Part shown: positions 1 to 7,800 of the stretch, piece by piece
Numbering within the stretch: position 1 is the first letter of the stretch
Layout: each line of letters begins with the position of its first letter
Made by a program: the position numbers and the translations under genes
IMG/VR virus record: IMGVR_UViG_3300017774_004525
Location: 1-27,835 of that record
DNA length: 27,835 bases
Source: a virus
Taxonomy: Duplodnaviria > Caudoviricetes
Strand: one strand, 5' to 3'
The notes under the pieces: generated by a model
The model's database searches: none
Seen by the model: only the letters and a program-made list of their open reading frames with translations
Told to the model about the DNA's origin: nothing

Positions 1-2
1 AG

Positions 3-218
3 AGCAGAAATCTGGATCGCCCACAACTCAACTCTCATCAGGGGGGGCACCTCACCAACACCGCTAACTCACTAGCAGCGGCAGGCGTTGACGGACTATC
101 AGCGGCAGAGATCGCTTATCTCTGCACCTCTTATGAGGGATGGACTCATGCCACAAACCGCTACTACTCCAACCCTAAAGCAAAGCGACTGTCCTTCACT
201 ATGAGAGGGAGGGCATAG
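3..218 (+). CDS. Hypothetical protein, 5'-truncated by the window edge (...SRNLDRPQLNSHQGGHLTNTANSLAAAGVDGLSAAEIAYLCTSYEGWTHATNRYYSNPKAKRLSFTMRGRA*)
   Basis: Frame 3 is open from base 3 to TAG at 216-218 (hand translation), while frames 1 and 2 stop early. Not in the ORF track. Confidence 0.55.
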   Translation, partial: SRNLDRPQLNSHQGGHLTNTANSLAAAGVDGLSAAEIAYLCTSYEGWTHATNRYYSNPKAKRLSFTMRGRA

Positions 219-234
219 GGCCCCCCCCCTGCCG

Positions 235-243
235 TGCTACACT
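235..243 (+). promoter_or_regulatory. Putative sigma70-type extended -10 (early) promoter TGcTACACT
   Basis: TG-n-TACACT ends 23 nt before the ATG at 267, followed by an A/C-rich leader. No recognisable -35 box. Confidence 0.5.
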
Positions 244-266
244 AAACCCACCACCAACAGAAATCA

Positions 267-518
267 ATGCTTCGCCCTAACACTCGCCAAACTAAAGGTC
301 AACTCTCCAAGGGGGATGGATGCTTGACTGGTACCTGCCCACTCAACGGATCGGCAGGCACAGGTCGCGCCTTTACCATTACCCCACAGACAGGATTGGG
401 CAGACAATGGACAGGTGACAAGACCGCCAACGCTGCTAGATTTGCAAAGCAGATCAGAGCAGACAGAAGGGCAGATGCTGCTGATCGTGCCGCTGGGCTC
501 TGCCCCTTGGCGGTCTAG
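267..518 (+). CDS. Small basic hypothetical phage protein (83 aa)
   Basis: ATG-start ORF downstream of a promoter-like motif, ending at the repeat/hairpin cluster. No family recognised. Confidence 0.6.
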   Translation: MLRPNTRQTKGQLSKGDGCLTGTCPLNGSAGTGRAFTITPQTGLGRQWTGDKTANAARFAKQIRADRRADAADRAAGLCPLAV

Positions 519-560
519 GGGACAGTTGATGAGCTGTCCCTTCTAGGGACAGTTGACTGT
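515..560. repeat. Interlocking direct and inverted repeats (GGGACAG / CTGTCCC / GGGACAG; ACAGT-TG-ACTGT)
   Basis: GGGACAG 519-525 pairs with CTGTCCC 534-540; CTGTCCCT 534-541 pairs with AGGGACAG 545-552; CTAGGG(G)ACAGTTGA occurs at 515 and 543; ACAGT 549-553 pairs with ACTGT 556-560. Confidence 0.75.
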
Positions 561-685
561 ATATTATAACGATATCGTGATGATGCCGAGCGCCGAGCGA
601 AAAGTCATGGGTCCCTCCAACCTACAAACCTTTGAAAACGCTCAAGTGATTTCGAATACATATTAAAAATTTTCCGCCAGAAAAA

Positions 686-787
686 ATGACTGAAAAAACC
701 TTAACAACGCAAACCACAAGAAAAGAAGAGTTTCATTATATCTACATAGTATTGCGAGAGCTTTGGAGAATGTGGTGGAAGAAATAA
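686..787 (+). CDS. Very small hypothetical protein (33 aa, MTEKTLTTQTTRKEEFHYIYIVLRELWRMWWKK)
   Basis: ATG 686 to TAA 785-787 after an A-rich leader; amphipathic aromatic/basic C-terminus. Below the ORF-track length cut-off. Confidence 0.5.
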   Translation: MTEKTLTTQTTRKEEFHYIYIVLRELWRMWWKK

Positions 788-973
788 GTTATGTTATAGT
801 AGATGAGAGTATATTTGTGATATATGCTTTTAGCACGTTAGGTAGACAATTAAATATACAGTATCACACTTACCCAGAATTTCTTCATGGTAGATCTAGA
901 TGTAGTTCATGGTTACCTCCAAATAAAATTATTATAAAACGATAATATATAACTTACACACTCATTTTAAGAT

Positions 974-1132
974 ATGAAATATATCAGCACAATTGAATAT
1001 AATGATGGAAATGACGAATATATATTACCGATACCCGAAGAGTTGTTAGAAGCTTTAGGATGGGTTGAGGGTGATAATTTAAAATGGGAGTATGCAGATG
1101 ATTCTATTTTACTGAGTAAAACAAATGACTGA
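974..1132 (+). CDS. AbrB/MazE/SpoVT-family swapped-hairpin DNA-binding protein (52 aa)
   Basis: Hand translation MKYISTIEYNDGNDEYILPIPEELLEALGWVEGDNLKWEYADDSILLSKTND shows the family signature (L/I)xIPxxxxxxLGWxxGDxLxxxxxxxxIxL. The stop overlaps the next gene's start. Confidence 0.8.
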   Translation: MKYISTIEYNDGNDEYILPIPEELLEALGWVEGDNLKWEYADDSILLSKTND

Positions 1133-1445
1133 ATTCGGATATAAGATTATTGATAAGAATGGAAATCTAATAGAAGATAAACTTTTTGAAGATTTTGATT
1201 CAGTAGCAGACTATATGTTAGATGCAGCTGACAAGTGGTATTCTGGGTTACAGGATTCTACTGATGTTATGAGTTTACAACGCAGAGAAAATGGCACTGT
1301 AGTTTTCGAAGACACTAATAGTTTTGGAATTGAAGATGATGCATTTAGAAACCACGGATCAGAAGATATCGAAGTTGTTGATGATCATACAACAACAGGA
1401 GAATCGAATACAGTATTTGGAGAAACGTATAGCGAAGATTCCTGA
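1125..1445 (+). CDS. Acidic hypothetical phage protein (106 aa)
   Basis: ATG overlaps the AbrB-like gene end (coupling); plausible globular N-terminal part; the C-terminal ~36 aa overlap the next ORF. Confidence 0.65.
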   Translation: MTEFGYKIIDKNGNLIEDKLFEDFDSVADYMLDAADKWYSGLQDSTDVMSLQRRENGTVVFEDTNSFGIEDDAFRNHGSEDIEVVDDHTTTGESNTVFGETYSEDS

Positions 1446-1596
1446 TCCATTTTCGATTAGTTATAGACCACCTGGACAAGACTATAAAAGTCTTCCTGAT
1501 GCTTTAGATTCCGTATGCAATCGACTAAATAATCTAGAAGAAAAGACAAGAGAGCCGAGAGTATGCCACCAGCGTCTAGAATGCAAGATAGCGTAA
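1336..1596 (+). CDS. Hypothetical coiled-coil phage protein (~86 aa; ATG 1336 or 1339 preferred over TTG 1324)
   Basis: Heptad-like helix (KISKLLMIIQQQENRIQYLEKRI) followed by YRPPG..YxSLxDALD..xNRLNNLE, a pattern I recall from small proteins just upstream of PAAR in cyanophages. The start codon is uncertain. Confidence 0.65.
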   Translation: MMHLETTDQKISKLLMIIQQQENRIQYLEKRIAKIPDPFSISYRPPGQDYKSLPDALDSVCNRLNNLEEKTREPRVCHQRLECKIA

Positions 1597-1874
1597 ATAC
1601 TGGGCATGGGTGTAGCACAATGACAACCATCCTTCAAGGGTCTTCTAATGTCATTATAGAAGGTCTTGGCGCTGCATATCAAGGTGCTGCATTAACACCT
1701 CATACTATTACAAATCCAGCGCCATTACCAGCACCTCCATGTATACCACACACAGCAAAAGTTAATGTTGGTAGTAGCACAGTAAAGGTAAATGGAAAAC
1801 CTTTAGCACGAATTGGTGATTCTGCAGATGCTGGTAGTATTATATCTGGTGCAAAAAAAGTAATAGCAAAATGA
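1563..1874 (+). CDS. PAAR-repeat spike-tip protein (T4 gp5.4-like)
   Basis: Three PAAR-like motifs (PASRMQD, GAAYQGA, PLARIGD), GSSNVII / GSSTVKVNGKP strands, conserved His residues, 103 aa. Confidence 0.92.
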   Translation: MPPASRMQDSVNTGHGCSTMTTILQGSSNVIIEGLGAAYQGAALTPHTITNPAPLPAPPCIPHTAKVNVGSSTVKVNGKPLARIGDSADAGSIISGAKKVIAK

Positions 1875-2329
1875 AAGAAATAGAAGTCCATATAAATGAA
1901 TGGATTGAGAAAATTTCTAAATTGCAACCAGAATTAAATGGCTTTTCGATTTGCCCGTATGCAAAGTCTGCAAAATATACTATCATTCATTGTAGAGTAG
2001 AAGATATTATACCAGTTGCAGATTACGAGGTTGTTTTTTATGTGGTTGAAAACTATCTAGATTTGCAAACTATCCAATATTGGGTAAAATTTTACAATCA
2101 ATTGTATACTCAATACATATTTTTGGAAGACCATGCAGATTATGACACTTACATCAATGGCATTCAAACAAATAATGGCAAGTATAATTTAATTTTAATG
2201 CAAGATTTACAGAAATTACGAAACAGTAGAGAAATTTTGAGTAATACTGAGTATTATACACATTGGAGTGATGATATGTTAAGAGAAGTATTAGCGAATG
2301 ATTACGAGATAGTAAAGAAATCGGGATAG
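1871..2329 (+). CDS. Hypothetical phage protein (152 aa) with N-terminal WI...P.L.G..ICPYAK motif
   Basis: ATGA overlap with the PAAR stop; the CPYA motif is reminiscent of the DUF1415-like N-terminus (weak, from memory). Confidence 0.8.
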   Translation: MKEIEVHINEWIEKISKLQPELNGFSICPYAKSAKYTIIHCRVEDIIPVADYEVVFYVVENYLDLQTIQYWVKFYNQLYTQYIFLEDHADYDTYINGIQTNNGKYNLILMQDLQKLRNSREILSNTEYYTHWSDDMLREVLANDYEIVKKSG

Positions 2330-2361
2330 CAACCCCGTAAAAAGTTCTGTTTAACTTTTAC
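2322..2361 (+). promoter_or_regulatory. Tandem stem-loops in the leader of ORF 2373
   Basis: CGGG 2322-2325 pairs with CCCG 2334-2337; GTAAAAAGTT 2337-2346 pairs with AACTTTTAC 2353-2361 (one bulged A). The element ends 11 nt before the ATG. Confidence 0.45.
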
Positions 2362-2372
2362 AAGAAAAACAG

Positions 2373-2570
2373 ATGGCAAAAAAACAGATTCCAGACAACG
2401 TACCTTCGATGATGTCTGAAGATTTTGGCACCACGGTATTAATTACTGATCCGAGGTCTGACGCTTTACTAGAAAGATCACGTAAAATGAAATATATGAA
2501 ACCTCCGAATCGTTTAGAAAAATGGTGTGGAGGTAAAGATGGTTTCGATGATTACGCTGAGTGGCTATAA
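2373..2570 (+). CDS. Small hypothetical phage protein (65 aa) upstream of gp25
   Basis: ATG-start ORF filling the gap before the late promoter. The M..DFGT..LITD..SD.LL pattern is recalled from small cyanophage genes at this position. Confidence 0.7.
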   Translation: MAKKQIPDNVPSMMSEDFGTTVLITDPRSDALLERSRKMKYMKPPNRLEKWCGGKDGFDDYAEWL

Positions 2571-2593
2571 TCGCGTCTCCGTCATATATGTGT

Positions 2594-2601
2594 GATAAAT
2601 A
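2594..2601 (+). promoter_or_regulatory. T4-type late promoter (GATAAATA)
   Basis: NATAAATA in the intergenic gap 23 nt before the gp25 start; T4 gp55-dependent consensus is TATAAATA. Confidence 0.7.
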
Positions 2602-2624
2602 TAGTAGACTTATAGTGGTATTTA

Positions 2625-3023
2625 ATGTCCACATTCCAAACTTTTAAAGATATAAGTGTAGCATTTGGTGCTCACCCAAACACAAAAGATTTAGTTGTGG
2701 TTAAAAACGAAACTGCTATTAAAAATGCCTTACAAAATTTAATTTTGACAAAAAGAGGTGAAAGACCTTTTAACTCAAATTTAGGTAGTAGAGTAACTGA
2801 GTTACTTTTTGATTTATTAGATTATGGTACTGCTGCTTCTATAAGAGACGAAATTATCTTATTAGTTAATGATTATGAGCCTCGTGTAAATCTATTAGAT
2901 GTTATTGTCACACCAGATGATAGTAACAACGCTTTTGAGGTTTATATAGAATTTGAAATTATTGGTAGAGAAATTGAAGGGGCACCTACATCAACAGAAT
3001 TTCTTTTAAAGAGAACGAGATAA
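2625..3023 (+). CDS. gp25: Baseplate wedge subunit / sheath initiator gp25 (GPW/gp25 family)
   Basis: AIKNALQNLILTKRGERPFNSNLGS..LLF and YEPRV motifs; 132 aa; directly upstream of gp6. Confidence 0.95.
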   Translation: MSTFQTFKDISVAFGAHPNTKDLVVVKNETAIKNALQNLILTKRGERPFNSNLGSRVTELLFDLLDYGTAASIRDEIILLVNDYEPRVNLLDVIVTPDDSNNAFEVYIEFEIIGREIEGAPTSTEFLLKRTR

Positions 3024-3026
3024 TCA

Positions 3027-4838
3027 ATGCCGTATTCGCAGTTAAATCAATTAGATTTTAACAATATAAAAAATTCGCTCAAAGAATATTTGAGAGCGAA
3101 TTCGGAATTTAGCGACTATGATTTTGAGGGTAGTGCTTTAAGTAATTTATTGGATATTTTGGCGTATAATACTTATTATACTGCATTTAATACAAACATG
3201 GTAGCAAACGAGATGTTTCTCGATTCTGCTACGTTAAGAGATAATGTTGTTGCAATCGCTAAGCAATTAGGATATAGGCCAAAATCTGCTACTGCATCAC
3301 AAGCAACAGTAAGTGTTAGGCTTAATTATACTTCACCAAACAAACCAAACACTGCGATTATACGTAGAGGTAAGGCATTTACATCATTTTTTGATAATGA
3401 GGTATATCAGTATTCATTATTAGATGATGTAAGAACGCCAGTTAACAATGGGGTTGCATTTTTTGAAAATGTGACCATTTATTCTGGCACCATTGTTACT
3501 GATTACCATACAGTGCAGACTGCACTAAGAAATCAAAAGTTTTTATTAAAAAATCAAAATATTGATACTACTACGATTAGAATAAAAATATTTAGATCTG
3601 CTCAATCTTCATCGTTTGAGTTGTATGATTATGCAGAAAATATTTTAAATGTAAATCCAAATAGTAAAATTTTCTTTCTAACCGAAATTGAAGATGAAAA
3701 TTACGAAATTAAATTTGGTGATGGTGTATTTGGAAGAAAATTACTAGATGGAGAATATATAGAAATTTCATATTTGACTACTTCAGGACCAGAAACAAAT
3801 GGCGCAAGAATATTTTCTTTTAATGGAGTGGTAGAGGATTTAGAAACTACAAATAACAGTTTAAATGCATATAGTATTAATATTGGGGAAATAAGTCTTA
3901 TTTCCGCTTCTTCTGGTGGGGAATATTCCGAAAATTTAGAAAGAATTAAGTTTAATGCGGCAAAAAATTACGCAACTCAAGATAGAGCAGTAACAAGTGA
4001 AGATTATAAAGCAATTGTGCGCAATTTATATCCATCTGTAGCGGATATTACAGCATTTGGCGGGGAAGAAGATGATCCACCCGAATATGGTGTTGTTAAA
4101 ATTGTAATCAAACCAAAATATTCTACTATGTTATCGTCATTTACTAAAAATGATCTACAAAAGAAGTTGAAAAAGTATTCGGTTGCTTCTGTAACTCCAA
4201 AAATTGTGGATCCTTCAATATTATATGTTGAGCTAACTTCTAGAGTATTTTACGATACGAATAAAACTACATATAAATCAGATAAAATTCTTTCATCTGT
4301 TATTAAAAATATTGAAGATTATATTGTTTTATCGGATACAGAAAAATTTGATGGTAAATTTCGATATAGTAAATTTGTTGGGGTGATTGATGACGCAGAA
4401 ACGTCTATCAAATCAAACTTGACCACCATTATGTTGAGAAAAGATTTTTATCCAGAGATTAACTCTAAATTTTATTATGAAATTTGTTACAAAAATCCAT
4501 TTTTAATCGATGATTTACCTGTAATAAGTAGTAGTGGATTTATTATAAGAGAATTTTCGCAATATACTGTTTATATTGAGGATAGAAAAGGTAAAATGAT
4601 ACTTTATAGATTAGATAGTATTACAGGGGAAAAAATTGTTGTAAATCCTAATCTAGGTAGTGTTGATTATGGAAAAGGTGAAATAACGATGAATAATTTG
4701 ATTATATTAAAAGGATCGTTTCCTGATGAAAAAATAGAAATCAGAGTAAAACCAGCTTTAAACGATATTGTGTCTTCCAGAGAAATGTTTCTGGATGTTG
4801 ATATTACTAACAGCAAATTCACTATTATTCAAGAGTAA
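3027..4838 (+). CDS. gp6: Baseplate wedge subunit gp6
   Basis: LDF..IK..L..YL....EFSDYDFEGS.L..LLD.LAYNT, FLDSA..R..VV..AK.LGY.P.S, YEI.FGDG..G and Q.RAVT..DY motifs of the T4 gp6 / baseplate-J family; 603 aa. Confidence 0.96.
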   Translation: MPYSQLNQLDFNNIKNSLKEYLRANSEFSDYDFEGSALSNLLDILAYNTYYTAFNTNMVANEMFLDSATLRDNVVAIAKQLGYRPKSATASQATVSVRLNYTSPNKPNTAIIRRGKAFTSFFDNEVYQYSLLDDVRTPVNNGVAFFENVTIYSGTIVTDYHTVQTALRNQKFLLKNQNIDTTTIRIKIFRSAQSSSFELYDYAENILNVNPNSKIFFLTEIEDENYEIKFGDGVFGRKLLDGEYIEISYLTTSGPETNGARIFSFNGVVEDLETTNNSLNAYSINIGEISLISASSGGEYSENLERIKFNAAKNYATQDRAVTSEDYKAIVRNLYPSVADITAFGGEEDDPPEYGVVKIVIKPKYSTMLSSFTKNDLQKKLKKYSVASVTPKIVDPSILYVELTSRVFYDTNKTTYKSDKILSSVIKNIEDYIVLSDTEKFDGKFRYSKFVGVIDDAETSIKSNLTTIMLRKDFYPEINSKFYYEICYKNPFLIDDLPVISSSGFIIREFSQYTVYIEDRKGKMILYRLDSITGEKIVVNPNLGSVDYGKGEITMNNLIILKGSFPDEKIEIRVKPALNDIVSSREMFLDVDITNSKFTIIQE

Positions 4839-4842
4839 TTAG

Positions 4843-7800
4843 ATGGCAACCATTCAAAAAAGAATTTCCACACTAGTTAATCAACAACTACCTGAATTTA
4901 TTTCAGGAGAATATCCAAAATTTGCTTCGTTCTTGCAAAAATATTATGAGCAATTAGAATTAACTGGACAACCACTCGATATTATTCAAAATTTAACAAA
5001 ATATAATGATATCGATACTTATGAAAAAGATATATTATCAGAATTTACTATACTAACATCAAATGTTTCTGCTACTGCATCTACAATTCAAGTAACAGAC
5101 ACATATGCATTTCCAGAAACAAATGGATATGTAATGATTGACGATGAGATTATTTTTTATGCGTCAAAAACATCTACTTCTTTTTTAAATTGCAAAAGAA
5201 ATCTTAGTGGCACAACTAAATTAGGTGATTTGTATAACGCTTCTGTTTATAAAACCGTAGCATCACACGATTTAACTACAGGATTTCAACATATAGGTGG
5301 AGAGCAAGCTTTTAATATTAGTAATTTGTTTTTATATGCTTTTGTAAAAAATTACGAATCCGAATATCTAGCATCTTTTCCAGAAGAATCATTAAAACCA
5401 GAAGTAGATAAAAGAACTTTAATCAAAAATATTAAACAATTTTACAGAGCGAAAGGAACGGATCAATCTATTGAATTTATTTTCAATTCTATAGTTGCAC
5501 AAGAAGCTTCTGATATTCCATCAATTTATTATCCAAAAGACAATACACTTAAGACTTCTACTTCAAATTGGATTAATAAGTATGCGCTAAGAGTAAAAAT
5601 TATCTCACAAATTAACCCAAATGATATTCCACTACTTATTGGGCAAAAATTAATTCAAGAAGAAGACATTTTTAATTCAAATATTAAAAACAGTTTTGGA
5701 ATTATTGATAATATATTATTTTTAGGCAATTATGACAATGAAAGTATATACGAAATAGTAATATCTCCTAATAGCATTGTTGGAGAATTTCAAGTTGCAC
5801 AAAAAACATTTTTAACAAAAAGATTATCTCCTTCTTCCACCACTGATAATAGAATTAACGTTTTTTCTACTACTGGATGGAGAAATGTTAATGGAAAACT
5901 AAAAATTGGCAATGAAATCATTTCATTTAAAGATAAAAATGTAAATCAATTTATTATTGAAAATAGAACTGGCAATGGAGACTATCCAGTTAATACTCCA
6001 GTATATAATTATTCAAATTTAACTGCAGAATATGAAAAAAATGGTAATATTGAAAAAACAACATTTTTAGCCCTTGGTGTATTGTATAGTGTTAAGGCAT
6101 CTAGCAACATTCCATATTCATCAGAAGGAGATGTAATTCAAATAAGTGATACTGGATTCGAAACTAGAAATCCTATTATTTTTAATAAAGCAAATTCTTC
6201 TATTAGATGGGATATTAATAATAATTACACTACTAGTAACATTACAGGACTGACAGAAACATTAATTAATATTTCTGCCATTTACGAAGATGATCAATAT
6301 TATTATATTGCATCATCTGGATATCCAGAATATAGCATTGGAAATTTCGCAAATTTATCACCAAAAGATCAAAAGCATCTTAAATTAATCAAAAAAGAAT
6401 CTGTCAGAAATACAGAATTGTATTATACTGATACCAGAGACATTGGAATCTTTTTAAATGGTGTTTTAGCATACGGGTATAAAGATTATTACGAAAATGA
6501 TGTTATTTTTGGTGGAATAACAAATATTAGTATAAATCAATCAGGAAAAGGATATGCAAATGCTCCTTATGTGCTAATTAGTGGAGATAAAGGAGCTAGC
6601 GCAAAAGCAATATTATCTGGTGATGTTGTAGAAAAAATAGAAATTATATTTCCAGGCGAAAAATATGAAGTAAATCCAAATGTAACTATAACCTCTGGAA
6701 GAGGCGCAGTTATCGAAGCTACAGTAACTAAAGATAAAGTAACTCAATTAACTATAGTTAGTCCAGGAGAATATTATTCAAGTCCGCCTCGTATTATTAT
6801 TACAGATAAATTAGGTTATGGAAGACTTGCTGAATATACTGCAATTATCTCATCTGATGGAAAATTAATTGGAACAAATAAAATTACAGAAGGAAAATTT
6901 TATAGTCAAGAAAATATAGAAGTAATAATATTACCCATTGGTGTTGGCGCTACGGCAACTGCGTTTACTAAAAGATGGAAAAAAAATAGATACGAAATAC
7001 TAAAAAATAATATAGATTCTAATAGTGGATATCTTTTCGAAAATATAGAAAAATCTTTTGGATATGGATATGCACATATAGGAAATCCAATATCATTGAG
7101 GAATATTTTAGGAGACACAGATAGTAGTAGACATTCTCCTATTTTGGGGTATGCGTATGATGGAAACCCAATTTATGGTCCTTTCGGATATACGAATCCA
7201 ATTAACCCTAATTCTCTAATAAAAAGAATAGAAACTAGTTATCGTTTAAATACTTCTCGTGTAGGTGGTCCATTAATTACACAATTTCCTTTGGGATCAT
7301 TTATAGAAGATTATAGATATCAACATAGATTTGGTGATGTGGATGAAAATAATGGAAGATATTGCATAACTCCAGATTATCCTGATGGTGTTTATGCATA
7401 TTTTTTAACAGTAAATCAAAATAATGTTTCTGTGTTTCCGTATATTTTAGGAGATAAGTATTATTCACTTCCAGTAGAATCTAATTATACGAGTAATGTT
7501 AGTCAGATTAATATACCTTTAAATGCTAGAAGATTAAGAACACAATCTATTCCAAAAAATGGTGTTGGTGCTTCCGCTATTATAGAAACAACCAAAGAAG
7601 GAAATGTTTCTTCTGCTATAGTAACAGCATCTGGAAATACTTTTTCTGTTGGATGTAATGTAATTGTAGATAATACAGGAACGAATGGAAATGGTTGTGT
7701 TGCCCAAGTTTCTTCGTTAAAAGGAAAAAATATTTTATCAATTGAATCAAATCAAACAAAAGCTATAAAAATTGAATCAAAATCCCCTGTATATTTTTAT

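Noticed and set aside
553-570. TTGACT...TATAAC as a sigma70 promoter
   Set aside because: The spacer is only 6 nt, far from the required ~17.
515-600. Repeats as a CRISPR array, tRNA or attachment site
   Set aside because: Only two short copies with no spacer periodicity, no cloverleaf, and no cas or integrase genes in the window.
763-945. ORF-track 60-aa ORF (TTG start)
   Set aside because: Non-ATG start inside the better 686-787 ORF, no RBS and no recognisable motif; probably a chance open frame.
1891-1898. TATAAATG as a late promoter
   Set aside because: Mismatch at the conserved last base, inside a CDS, in AT-rich DNA where near-matches are frequent.
1482-2634. Minus-strand ORFs 1482-1682, 1700-1927 and 2443-2634
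   Set aside because: Antisense shadows of well-supported + strand genes (PAAR and neighbours).
1563-4838. PAAR + gp25 + gp6 as a bacterial T6SS or extracellular contractile injection system
   Set aside because: T4-type gp7/gp8, the VrlC-like protein, T4 late promoters and phage-style small ORFs indicate a genuine myophage; no T6SS membrane complex or ATPase genes are present.
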